DNA of 64,000 nt from Octopus vulgaris (taxonomy: Eukaryota). Below are positions 1 to 11,399 of this stretch, piece by piece (the stretch's first letter is position 1; every line of letters starts with the position of its first letter). The translations under genes and the position numbers were made by a program. Below the pieces are notes generated by a model that saw only the letters and a list, made by a program, of their open reading frames with translations, was not told where the DNA came from and made no database searches. The stretch lies in contig OX597814.1 in assembly GCA_951406725.2 (NCBI GenBank), positions 96,286,001 through 96,350,000 on the forward strand. Direction: 5' to 3'.

Positions 1-320
1 GCAGCAAAATGAATCATATTATGTCCATCATGCCTGGGCATCTTCCGTTATGTACACTTTTTCTTCGACCAAAAGGGATCCCAGTAATTTCATTCGCCTT
101 TATTAAAATCAGCATCGGCAGTAACACATGGCAATATGTACCGAGAAATATTCCTTCTGGAATCGATAACGTCTAGAGAATGTACTAGTAAAATGGATTC
201 ATTCGGCTATATCTCTTGACTGGAAACGCTGGCATTTTCTCACTTAAAAGAAGTCCGAATCTGTAAAAACAAGCGAACAGCTGTTACAGGAATACGTTTA
301 AGCATATATATGTTTGGTTG

Positions 321-550
321 AAGGCGGCGAACTGGCAGAAACGTTAGCACGCCGGGCGAAATGCGTAGCCGTATTTCGTCTGCCGTTACGTTCTGAGTTC
401 AAATTCCGCCGAGGTCGACTTTGCCTTTCATCCTTTCGGGGTCGATAAATTAAGTACCAGTTACGCATTGGGGTCGATGTAATCGACTTAATCCGTTTGT
501 CTGTCATTGTTTGTCCCCTCTATGTTTAGCCCCTTGTGGGTAGTAAAGAA
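321..550 (+). mobile_element. tRNA-derived SINE, family 1, tail type A
   Basis: A-box-like TGGCAGAAACG and B-box GTTCAAATTCC; central GCCTTTCATCCTTTCGGGGTCGATAAA (Nin-domain-like); 17-bp TSD ATATATATGTTTGGTTG at 304-320 and 551-567; more than 10 related copies in the window. Confidence 0.9.
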
Positions 551-789
551 ATATATATGTTTGGTTGCACATATACATACAGATATCAGATCTTCTGTAA
601 ACATGACAAGAAATATGGGCTTGAGTCATACTGACTGCCTTTGACTTTTTCTATCCAAAGGATGTTTTAACCCAATATATTCATGCTATAATTTGTAAAT
701 TTATTTGCTTCGAGATTCACCCTTATCCCCCAAATTATTTCACGTTCTTGGTGTTTCTAAATTCTTATGACGTTAACAATATTCGATAC

Positions 790-1089
790 ATATGGATTAA
801 TTGTTAGGGTGTTGCACTAACAATTGCGAGGCCGTGGGTTCGATTCCCAAACCGGGTGTTACGTTGTATTCTTGAGCAAAGCACTTCATTTCAGGTCGCT
901 CTGCGCTCATTTTGTCATCTTATATGTGGCACATGTGGCACACGGTGCTCTTGTACAGTAATGTCGATTTGATGGAGAGAGTAAGCTTATATGTAAACAA
1001 ACATTTGATCACTATAAACAAACCATGTGTGGTTGTTTGGCAATAAATTACTGAACCCTCATACGTCGTCTAATGACGGGAGAGTCCGT
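790..1089 (+). mobile_element. degenerate tRNA-derived SINE, family 2
   Basis: B-box GGTTCGATTCCC followed by CTTGAGCAAAGCACTT; head similar to 59652-59980; ends approximate. Confidence 0.6.
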
Positions 1090-1112
1090 AATATATATAT
1101 ATATATATATAT

Positions 1113-1324
1113 ACTTAATCCAAATATGAACAAAGAGAAAACGCAACAACGCGAGGACGTGGCTCAAGTAGAGTGTTATTGGACGCCCAGGAAAGGAAAG
1201 AAAGAAGGAGGATTTAACGTTTCGAGCGGAGCTCTTCGTCAGAAACATAGAAAAAGGAAAGGCCCAAGGAAGGGAAGACGGAGAAAGAAAATCGCCAATG
1301 ATACACAAGCGGTCACATATTTAA

Positions 1325-1325
<1 letters not shown>
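1113..1325 (-). mobile_element. Penelope-like pseudo-LTR fragment carrying a hammerhead ribozyme
   Basis: Flanked by (TA)n; organisation resembles the 2851-3000 pLTR; HHR core at 1213-1245. Confidence 0.6.
1213..1245 (-). ncRNA. minimal type I hammerhead ribozyme
   Basis: Minus strand ttt-CTGACGA-a-gagc-tcc-gctc-GAAA-cgtt-aaa; canonical core but weak stem I. Confidence 0.65.
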
Positions 1326-1374
<49 letters not shown>

Positions 1375-1581
1375 CAATGATAAATATCAAAGTGAGTTAT
1401 ATACAGTAGCGGTAACACATCGTGACGTATTTTTGCCATTTCAATATGGCTAACCCCTAAGGGTAGATGCTACTGTAGTTTTTAGCCCCAGGAGGACACA
1501 CTCCTCCAGCTGGCCATAGACACACTATCTGTGTCCTGTCAGTATTTGCAAAGGGAAGTCATCCTTCCCGTCTTCAACTTA

Positions 1582-1638
1582 TGATACACACGGACTCGAG
1601 TTTCGAGGTATTGACCTCTCGTCAGCGTGTGACAATCA
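1582..1638 (-). ncRNA. type I hammerhead ribozyme, copy 1
   Basis: Reverse complement of the 1876-1932 motif. Confidence 0.9.
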
Positions 1639-1875
1639 TAGTTGTCGCCGAGAATTAGATTTCCTTCACAAATACTTATACTTTTTCCAGCGTCCACTGT
1701 CGCTGATATTGAAAAAGTGAAATCAAACAATGATAAATATCAAAGTGAGTTATATACAGTAGCGGTAACACATCGTGACGTATTTTTGCCATTTCACTTT
1801 TTCAATATCAGCGACAGTGGACGCTGGAAAAAGTATAAGTATTTGTGAAGGAAATCTAATTCTCGGCGACAACTA

Positions 1876-1932
1876 TGATTGTCACACGCTGACGAGAGGT
1901 CAATACCTCGAAACTCGAGTCCGTGTGTATCA
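1876..1932 (+). ncRNA. type I hammerhead ribozyme, copy 2
   Basis: cacacg-CTGACGA-gaggt-caat-acctc-GAAA-ctcgag-TC|cgtgtg; stems I, II and III all pair; predicted GUC cleavage after 1921. Confidence 0.92.
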
Positions 1933-2228
1933 TAAGTTGAAGACGGGAAGGATGACTTCCCTTTGCAAATACTGACAGGACACAGATAGTGTGTCTATGG
2001 CCAGCTGGAGGAGTGTGTCCTCCTGGGGCTAAAAACTACAGTAGCATCCACCCTTAGGGGTTAGCCATATTGAAATGGCAAAAATACGTCACGATGTGTT
2101 ACCGCTACTGTATATAACTCACTTTGATATTTATCATTGTTTGATTTCACTTTTTCAATATCAGCGACAGTGGACGCTGGAAAAAGTATAAGTATTTGTG
2201 AAGGAAATCTAATTCTCGGCGACAACTA

Positions 2229-2285
2229 TGATTGTCACACGCTGACGAGAGGTCAATACCTCGAAACTCGAGTCCGTGTGTATCA
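2229..2285 (+). ncRNA. type I hammerhead ribozyme, copy 3
   Basis: Identical motif; predicted cleavage after 2274, 353 nt downstream of copy 2. Confidence 0.92.
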
Positions 2286-2444
2286 TAAGTTGAAGACGGG
2301 AAGGATGACTTCCCTTTGCAAATACTGACAGGACACAGATAGTGTGTCTATGGCCAGCTGGAGGAGTGTGTCCTCCTGGGGCTAAAAACTACAGTAGCAT
2401 CCACCCTTAGGGGTTAGCCATATTGAAATGGCAAAAATACGTCA

Positions 2445-2475
<31 letters not shown>

Positions 2476-2483
<8 letters not shown>

Positions 2484-2839
2484 AACGGCAGTTTGTCTGT
2501 GCGTGTTTCTGTGTGTCTGTTTGCTTGTACCCTCACCCTGACCACGGCTTTCAACCGATTCTGATGAAACTTGACACACACATAGCCCAATGTCATAATT
2601 CAAAACTAACGCAGCGAAAATTTTGAAAAGTTCCCCCAGTTCTGAAAAAAATCGATAAATTCGACATGGGGTCGAGAATCAGAAACACAAACCACAGACT
2701 GTCTAGGGGACGCAACTCGACCTTTTTAACTAAAAAAAATTTACCATCATTTTTTTTCCATTTTTTGGCTATAACTCTCTAAAAATGCTTTATAGTTATT
2801 TCCCTTACAAACCCGAGCAACGCCGGGCGATACTGCTAG
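2476..2839 (+). mobile_element. non-autonomous Helitron
   Basis: 3' hairpin CCCGAGCAACGCCGGG (2812-2827), terminal CTAG (2836-2839) followed by T; 3' part shared with the copies at 15489 and 31315. Confidence 0.75.
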
Positions 2840-2850
2840 TATATATATAA

Positions 2851-3380
2851 AGGGAAGGTTTACGAAAATAAACAAAAGACGAAGGCAGGTGGTGTACAAA
2901 CAAACAAATGTATTAGTATAGCGCTCAGGAATAGAAATAGAAAGTCTTTTACGTTTCGAGCCTACGCTCTTCGACAGAAAGATACACAGAAAAAAACAAG
3001 GAGAGAAAAAAATACGTGTAGGAGCTAACGATCTATCATGGCGTCCTGACTTCGGACAGTGGTCAGACGCGAGAGGGACAGTAAGGGAGATAACAGGGTC
3101 AAGTGACTTCCAATACGAAGGTGCTCCCAACACAAAGGTGCGTGTGTGTATAAGAGAGTATGTATGTGCATGTGAAATAGGGCTGGTGGTCTGGACGTGT
3201 GTGTGTATGTATGTGCGGGTGTGGAGATGTGGGGATGGGTGTGTTGGTGGTGTGTTGTGATTTGATGTGTAATGTTGTATGGTGTAGTGTAGTGTGGTAT
3301 GATGTTGTGGGGAGGTGGGGGAGGCGAGAGTGGGGAAAGTACAGGTGGGGTGTGGGTTCGGCTGGGGGAGGGGATATGGG
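2851..3380 (-). mobile_element. 3' end/pseudo-LTR of a related Penelope-like subfamily
   Basis: Diverged reverse-complement similarity to 7510-8190; HHR-like motif at 2945-2982. Confidence 0.75.
2945..2982 (-). ncRNA. minimal hammerhead-like motif, CUGUCGA core variant
   Basis: tcttt-CTGTCGA-a-gagc-gtag-gctc-GAAA-cgta-aaaga. Confidence 0.65.
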
Positions 3381-3483
<103 letters not shown>

Positions 3484-3722
3484 GAAGGTTTGGAGATGAT
3501 GTACAGGTATTATATATTAGAAGAAATGAGGTAATCAGAAGATCGGATGGTTCATATTTATAGATATTTATTTATATATTACATTTTTTACATATATATA
3601 TCATATCATTCAGATCATATCATTCAGATTATTAGCGCTTTCTTCCATTCCAGTGGGGTTTTCAAATCAAATTAATTCCTTTGTGGGGAATTTGATCATT
3701 TTATAGAGTTTCTCTCTGTGTA

Positions 3723-3760
3723 TCTTTCTGTTGAAGAGCGTAGGCTCGAAACGTTAAAGA
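3723..3760 (+). ncRNA. minimal hammerhead-like motif in 5' pLTR, CUGUUGA core
   Basis: tcttt-CTGTTGA-a-gagc-gtag-gctc-GAAA-cgtt-aaaga. Confidence 0.65.
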
Positions 3761-4481
3761 CTTGTTTTATTTATATTTCCTGAGCGCCATACTAATACAA
3801 TTGCTCGTTTGTTTTCCACCTGCCTTCGTCTTTTGTCTATTTTCATAAAGCTTCCCGTTATATATTATGCGCTCACGTGGTCTCACTTTCATCCTATATT
3901 CTACCAATACCACTATCAACACTTACCTCTACCTTGGATTTTCTTTACCTCTTGGATACTTACCATTGGCTGCACCTCTCTTTCGCGGATCAAAGTGACT
4001 TTGCATTGATGTGAAATCCTTAAAAAATATACCACGACGTCTACACATTTCTCACCTTGAACTTTCAACCTTGAACTTGTTCGCATAAACTGTCCCGTTT
4101 GTTGTATTTTTATTTTCTCTTATATTACCACTTTTTTTACATTCATTTCATGCTTTCCACATTTTCCTGCATTTTTGTTCTCCTTTCCGTCTTTCTTCCC
4201 TCTCTGGATGTCCATACTCCGTTTCCTCTGCCTGCACCCCCTTTTTTGCCTCCCCCTCTCTCTGCTTCCCTTCTTTCTTTCCCTTTTCCGTTTGCCCCAA
4301 CTTTTCTGCCCCTATCGCTTACTTATCTTAGTTTTTTCATACGATTATTATTTTTTTGTTTTTTTGAACGTTTGTTTTTCCCCTTTTTTCGCTATCCTTT
4401 TTTTTCTATGTTTTTCATACGATAATTTTTGTTTTTTGTTTTTTTTTGTTTTTTCGAAGGTTTTTTTTCCGCTATCCCATC

Positions 4482-7400
4482 ATGCCGGATCCTAGGTCCT
4501 ACCTCCTCACCCTCCATCACCGTTTGAAGGATCATCTCCGTTCGCTTCCTGTATATTGCCTTCAGCCGTCCGTTAATCTCTCTCTACTTCTTTTTAAAAA
4601 AACCCGCTTCTCTAGCCATGTCTCTTTCCTAAGCCGCTGCCTACATCACCGACTCATCCCTAAAGGTTTCCGCCTCCACTTCCACCCTGCTCTCCACTCG
4701 GATTCTTCCATCTTACCCATACTCCGCACCACATCTTACCGCCTTATGCGGGCCACCATTCGCTCCAATCTCTCCAAACTACATGCCATCAACCGCCTTC
4801 TTCCTCCTGCTTTCTCCACCTTCTTCTCCTCTCTGCCGCCTCTCTATGCTCCAAACACGCTACGCTTCATTATCCATTTGAATCAACTCTTCCATCAATT
4901 TCTTTCTGATACCAAACTTCGTAAACTCCAATCACTCTTCCATTCCACCCTACCCGACGCCACTACCCCAACTCCTCCACCACCCTTCTCCCCTCCCGAT
5001 AGGCTCCATCCACCCACACCTAACCCCACTGCCCCTCCCTACAACCCCTTCTCCTCTCCCGATAGGCTCCATCCACCTACACCTAACCCTACTGCCCCGC
5101 CCAACCACCCCCACACACCTCCCCAATCCCTCCCCCTCAGACCTCCACGAGACCTACCACCCCTCCTACTTCTATTCCACCCACCCCTTCTCCACTTCCG
5201 TCTGTTGTTACCATTCCCCCCGATCTTCCCCTCTCTGCGGCTGAACGCTCCGTCCTTGGTAGGGGTCTGCAATTCATCCCCCTCACTCCATCCTGTAAGG
5301 AATTCCAGACGCGAGTTGATGTCCACAGCTTTGTGCGCCGTGTACGGTTGGGTGCGCGTTACCACGACTCGCCACCCACACCCAACGAAGAGGACTGCTT
5401 CACTGGCCTGGGCCGCCGACCATCCCCGTGGACGCCTGCCCCTGGCCAGATCCTAGCAGTGGATCTTTTCGCGGGCGCTTGTCAGCGTGCATTGGAGCGG
5501 TTCAACTTCTCCAGGCGCCAACGCCGCCTCAACATCTCCCCGGCTGAGCTCTTGGCTCTTCGTTCCCTCCAACGGCGCGCTGACATTATCATCAAACCGG
5601 CTGACAAGGGTGGAGCTGTAGTGGTGTGGCGCGCGGACCTCTATAGGGCCGAGGCTTTCCGCCAACTCAATGACACCTCCTTCTATTCCCCTCTGCCCTC
5701 TAACCCCACATGTAGCTACCAACAGACGGTATCCTCTACTGTCCACGACCTCATCTCGTCCTCCCGTCTCCCCCGCACCGCATCCAACCTAATTGTGCGA
5801 ACCCCACGTACCCCCATCATTTACTTCCTCCCCAAAATCCACAAAACCAACAACCCTGGCCGCCCCATCGTCTCCGCCTGTAACTGCCCCGCGGAGCTCA
5901 TCTCTAAATACCTCGACCGTGTCCTTGCCCCCTAGTGGCATCTCTTCCCTCCCACATCCACGATACCAACCATGCTCTCCGGCTTTTCAACTCTTTCTCC
6001 TTTCCTCCCGGCTCCTCCAAAATCCGTTTTACTATGGACATCCAAAGCCTCTATACTGTTATCCCTCACCACGAAGGACTGCAGGCCCTTCGACACTTTC
6101 TTGACCTCCGCTCTAACCCTGTACCTGACACCTCCACACTCATTCGTCTGGCCGAACTTGTCCTTACTCTGAACTGCTTCTCGTTCGCGGGCGAGTTCTA
6201 CCATCAGATCTCGGGAGTGGCCATGGGAACGCGAATGGGCCCCAACTATGCGAACCTGTTCGTTGGCTATGTTGAGGCCCAAATATTCTCTAATTTCACT
6301 GGTCCCACTCCTGAACTATATGGTCGTTACATTGACGACATTATCGGTGCCACCTCACTCTCCCGCGAACATCTAGATTCCTTCCTCTCTTTCGTCCAAT
6401 CTTTCCATCCAGCCCTCCACTTCACTTCCACTATCTCCAACACCTCTGTCTCCTTCCTCGACATTTCGGTTAGCATTCTTCACTCCACTCTTACCACCTC
6501 CATTCACTACAAACACACAGACTCACACTCATACCTCAACTTCTCTTCCTCCCACCCAGAACACACCAAGCTTTCCATCCCCTATTCCCAATTCCTCCCT
6601 TTTCCCCTCACTTACCACCCCACGACCCTACGTCTCCAACGCACCATTCTTCGAGCTTTCCGTCATCTCCAGTCCGACCCGTCCACTTCACACCTCTTCC
6701 CTAACCGACCCCTCCCCTCTTTCAAACGAGCCCACAACCTTCGAGACCTTTTGGTCCATAGCTCCTTCCCTGACCCTACCTCCCAACCCGGCTCGTTCCC
6801 CTGCTCCCGCCCACGTTGCCGCACTTGCCCTTACCTCTCCAACACCACCCGCCTCACTAGCACCCACCATCGACCCTATCCCATCATCCACTCCTTCACC
6901 TGCACCTCCAGCAATATTATCTATTGCATCTCTTGCTCTCTCTGCAATTCCTTGTACATCGGACAAACGGGACGCCGCTTGGCTGACCGGTTCGCGGAAC
7001 ACCTTCGTGACATCCACCTTGCGAACGACACACCGGTCTCACGCCATTTCCGCTCCACCGGTCACTCCTTGCAACACCTATCTGTGTTCGGTTTGTCCTT
7101 ACACAGAGGCCATCCGGATTCCCGTTTGCGCCGTGAACAGGAATTAATCTTCTCTCTTCGCTCTTATACGCCATTTGGTCTCAACTCTCCCCCTCCTCAT
7201 CTAACCCCTCTCTCCCCCTCCTCACCTATCCTTTCCCCCCGACCCCTACTTCTTCAGTCCTTCATCCTTTCACTCCTACTCCCCTTCTCTTCTTCCCTCT
7301 TTCTCCCTCCCTCCTTCCCTCTTCCCCTTCCCTCTGCTCCCTCACTCCCTCACTCCCCTTCTCTCTCCCCCTCTCTCTCCCCCTCTCCCTCTTTCCTCCT

Positions 7401-7578
7401 TCCTCCCATTCCTTCTCCCCCTCCTCTCTCTCCCCCTCCTCTCCTCTTCCCCCTCTCATCCCCCTCTTCTTCCCCTCCCCTTCTCCCCCCTCTTCCCCCC
7501 CTCTTCTCCTCACTACACCACACGACTTTACACATCACATCATATATGATGTGCCATGCTAATACATACACCAACTAA
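4482..7578 (+). pseudogene. Penelope-like reverse transcriptase / GIY-YIG endonuclease polyprotein, frameshifted
   Basis: Motifs LSAAERSVLGRGLQFIP, IKPADKGGAVVV, PKIHK..PGRPIVS, MDIQSLYT, GVAMGTRMGPNYANLF, RYIDDI, Cys linker CSRPRCRTC, IIYCISC..LYIGQTGRRLADRFAEH and GLN; frameshifts near 5100-5200 and 5930. Confidence 0.93.
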
Positions 7579-7872
7579 TACATACTAATACATACTAATA
7601 CATACACCAACCCTATACATACACACGTCCAGACCCCTCATACGCACTTATACTCTCTCATACACACACACACACACTTATACATACTAATACGTACTAA
7701 TACATACTAATACATACTAATACATACACCAACCCCATACATACGCACGTCCAGACCAATCCTACGCACTAATACTCTCTCATACACACACACACACACA
7801 CGCACACCCTTATACATACTAATACATACACCAACCCTATACATACACACGTCCAGACCCCTCCTACGCACT
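7560..7872 (+). repeat. tandem repeats in PLE 3' UTR (CATACTAATA units and about 3 longer imperfect units)
   Basis: Recurrent CATACACCAACCC..CACGTCCAGACC blocks. Confidence 0.7.
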
Positions 7873-8055
7873 ATTAGCTGGTCCTTCAACCCTATTATCA
7901 ACCCTATTATCAACCCTATTATCTCCCCTTATTTCGCTCTCGCGTCTCATGTTTGATCTTTGACCTCTGGCCGAAATCAGATCGCCATGTTGATTCGTTA
8001 GCTACTGCACGCATATTTTTCTCTCCTTCTTTCTGTGTTTTTTTCTCTCTGTGTA

Positions 8056-8093
8056 TCTTTCTGTTGAAGAGCGTATGCTCGAAACGTTAAAGA
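8056..8093 (+). ncRNA. minimal hammerhead-like motif in 3' pLTR, CUGUUGA core
   Basis: tcttt-CTGTTGA-a-gagc-gtat-gctc-GAAA-cgtt-aaaga. Confidence 0.65.
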
Positions 8094-8190
8094 CTTGTTT
8101 TATTTATATTTCCTGAGCGCCATACTAATACAATTGTTCGTTTGTTTTCCACCTGCCTTCGTCTTTTGTCTATTTTCATAAAGCTTCCCG

Positions 8191-8243
<53 letters not shown>

Positions 8244-10264
8244 TATGTATATAAACGTATGTATGTATGCCGTAGCCATCAAGAACCGTTGACATCCTGC
8301 ATTTCAAGGTTTTGGGGTTATAGTCTACAAGGTGATACTTTGTAGTATATTCAATGCAACGCGTTCGTTTAAGAATTAAAGTGAGAAAAAGAGTATTCAG
8401 TATGTAGTAAAACTGATGGCTCAAAATATAGCGCCAATGTAAAAATCGGGCAGTTTAATCTTTTTCCATTGACTTCCATCCATACTAACACTGAAGCTCA
8501 ACATCTGTCCACTACTAAACCATGAAGTCCGGGGAACAAGTAACAATTCTATTCGTCATCTTGATTTTCAACCCTGAGATCATATAATCAGTGACTTATA
8601 TTTCGTTAAGTCGTTGTAAACTTCTATTTTCCTCTGCAGAACGAACGAAATGAGCAAGTCTTATGAACTGATACAATGGCCAGAAGAAACTTGTAGAATT
8701 GTTCTTCGATTCATTCGCGAAAAAGAATTCTGTATTTTAATCATGTGGTCTATATGTACGGTGAAGCTAATTGTATGCTCATTTGCAGTGCACACGCAAA
8801 TATATTTACAACCTATCCACAGACGCTATCTCATTACTTTAGTTAATTAATATGCATCACCATTGCATATACTGGTATGAAGACGAGTAAAAGCAGAGCC
8901 TGTTATTTATCGTATTTATCACGAGTCACTCACTGCAAGCTACAATTTATTTCTCTGTAGAAGAAAAGTAAATTATTCTGAGGAGTTGGTAATGACTAAG
9001 CAAAACTAAAAGAGTTATTTTACCATTTCATTCAATATAATGAACAATAGTTTTACCACTGGGCTATCTACAGCAAAAGGTTTAATTACTGTTTATTGAA
9101 TGTATGCATACGCACAAACCTAAATACAAAGACATACACACATGCATATATAAATTTATTTAAAATGGCTGCTCCTATCTAAGATATGTTTTTGCTGTTT
9201 TCCTCTAGCACTTCTTTCCAATAATCGCAAATAAATCAGATTTAATCGAATCGTTTGTGTCATATATAAATATCAATGTAACGCAAGATGTTTTTTTCGA
9301 TTATTTTCCTCATGTTTTGAAGCCATAAACTTTAGTGGCTGTTAAAGTACGCGTCGTTGCAATTCTTCAGCTACTAAAAATATATTTCCACATCGAAATA
9401 AATTATTTTCAATCGTTTACAATGTTTGGAATTCGTTAAATTATTTTCCTATTCTTCATATATATTTTCATTTGAGCATTAGTTTTTCTCTTACATTACA
9501 ATTAAAGCTTTCTGATTTTTTCTCTCGTAGAATATAATCTAAAAGCTCTGTCTCGTAGATTCGCAAGTTTATCTTTATTACATTTCTATAGTTTAAATTA
9601 ATATCCCAACTAATCAGTATTCACATTAAAATTTTCCCACTCAAAATAGTAGTAGTAGTATTCGTAGTAGTAGTAGTAGTAGTAGTAGTAGTAATCGTCG
9701 TCGTCGTAGTAGTAGTAACAGTAGTTGTAGTAGTAGTGGTTTCTAATTGAGGCACGTGACAAGAAATTGTGAAGGGAGCGATTTAGTTGATACTGTCGAC
9801 CCCAGAGGCCCTAAGCGTTTAAAAGATTTTGGTACCTTCATATATATGTAATTAGGAAGCGTTAATTATGTTGTTAGCTGTCAGTATCATGAAAATGGAA
9901 AGGAGAAATAGAAAAAACAAAACAGGAACCAACTTACAAAGTTGCAAGGTTACTACGTGTGTTACACCGGACGCTGAGCGAACTATTGACTCTCACTGCA
10001 CTCACTCCTCAGTGAATGACTGAATGGGACAGCCGACATGACAAAAACAAAAAACGATCACGTGAACCTCTGTGGATCATGAGGCTTATCATGTGAACCT
10101 CTGTGGACCAGATTTGGATTTTGTTGTATTTCCAAGGTTAATGTAAATAATTAACCTCTGTTAATTATGCATATTTGGACTGATAATAACATTACAGTTT
10201 TACTTATCACTGCTTAGCGCCCCACTCTGTAATTTGCTTACGATGAACCGCCGCACAGCACTAC

Positions 10265-10955
10265 CAGTAAGGACTAATTGGATAAAAACCAAAATAGACA
10301 GAAACCAAGTAGATTCCCAATGTAGATTATACAAATCAAAAGAGGAAAGCGTTACTCATATAGTGAGTGAATGTAGCATGCTGACACAGGGAGAATACAT
10401 ACAAGACATGACAATTTAGGGAGAGCAATACACTGGGAGCTTTGTAGAAAGCTAGGATTTGAACACACTGATAAATGGTATGAACATGAACCTAGTATAG
10501 TACTAGAAAGTAAGAAGTACAATATGTTGTGGTAAGTTTAATATTCATACTGATAGTGTAATATAATCTAGAAGGCCTGAATTGGTAGTAGTAGATAAAG
10601 AGAATAGAAAGTGCCAGATAATTGACTTTACAGATCCTAATGATGAAAAAAGTAATATGAGAAGTAAAGAAAGAATAGCAAAGTACCAGGACCTTGCTAT
10701 TGAATTACAGAGACTATAGCAAGTGCGGGTAAAATGTATCCCAGTAGTTATAGGAGCATTGGGAACTATCCCTAAAGATTTGAACAGGTGGATAGAGGAA
10801 ATAGGCATAAAACCCAGTTTAGTACAGCTGAAGTAAACATTGTCAATAGGGACAGCTAGGATACTTAGGAGGGTTCTTGGCATCTAAGGTTACTTGTAGC
10901 CCGATGTTAGTATTTTTTTCTTTTCCAACAGTCTAATATGTTGAGTGTATATGAA
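10265..10955 (+). mobile_element. R4/Dong-clade non-LTR retrotransposon, 3' fragment
   Basis: CRL..ES..HIVSEC zinc knuckle, RHD, RPELVVVD..IIDF (restriction-like endonuclease), KYQDLA, PVVIGALG; followed by (TAA)n. Confidence 0.88.
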
Positions 10956-10969
10956 TGATAATAATAATG

Positions 10970-11031
<62 letters not shown>

Positions 11032-11049
11032 TATAATACATACAATAAC

Positions 11050-11142
11050 CATCAGAGCATCACAACAAATCACAGCACATACCTAAGGCACACAGAGCTG
11101 CGCTCGGTAGTGAAGTGAAAGCACGCTATAAAAATAAAACTA

Positions 11143-11147
<5 letters not shown>
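11050..11147 (+). mobile_element. R4/Dong 3' UTR fragment
   Basis: Homologous to 20918-21008; followed by (TAA)n. Confidence 0.7.
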
Positions 11148-11213
<66 letters not shown>

Positions 11214-11227
11214 TAATAATAATAATA

Positions 11228-11277
<50 letters not shown>

Positions 11278-11293
11278 AAGGCAGAAGTTCACC

Positions 11294-11334
<41 letters not shown>

Positions 11335-11399
11335 TGATGATGATGATGATGATTCTTAAAACACATCTCACGGAGAAACTTTGTAGATAACGAAGTACG

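Larger units (their letters stand above)
1374..2447. mobile_element. retrozyme-like cassette: 353-bp HHR-containing unit, about 1.2 copies on - (1374-1796) and about 1.9 copies on + (1791-2447)
   Basis: Exact 353-bp periodicity; near-identical inverted arm; one HHR per unit; flanked on both sides by (TA)n. Confidence 0.88.
3709..8197 (+). mobile_element. Penelope-like retroelement (Neptune-type), near full length, with about 155-bp direct terminal repeats
   Basis: Direct repeats 3709-3866 and 8042-8197 differ at 2 positions and each holds an HHR motif; internal RT + GIY-YIG ORF; ends in (TA)n. Confidence 0.92.

Noticed and set aside
1-275. Possible minus-strand host exon after a TTTTTACAG acceptor
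   Set aside because: All three frames hit stops quickly and no protein is recognisable
1539-2328. Three copies of a 63-66 aa ORF (..SISATVDAGKSISICEGNL..)
   Set aside because: By-product of the 353-bp repeat: non-ATG starts, overlaps the ribozyme, no protein motif
2561-2575. CTGATGA inside the Helitron
   Set aside because: No stem II/GAAA/stem III arrangement follows, so it is not a hammerhead
4099-4495. Phe/Leu-rich ORFs upstream of the PLE ORF
   Set aside because: Low-complexity T-rich PLE leader, not credible membrane proteins
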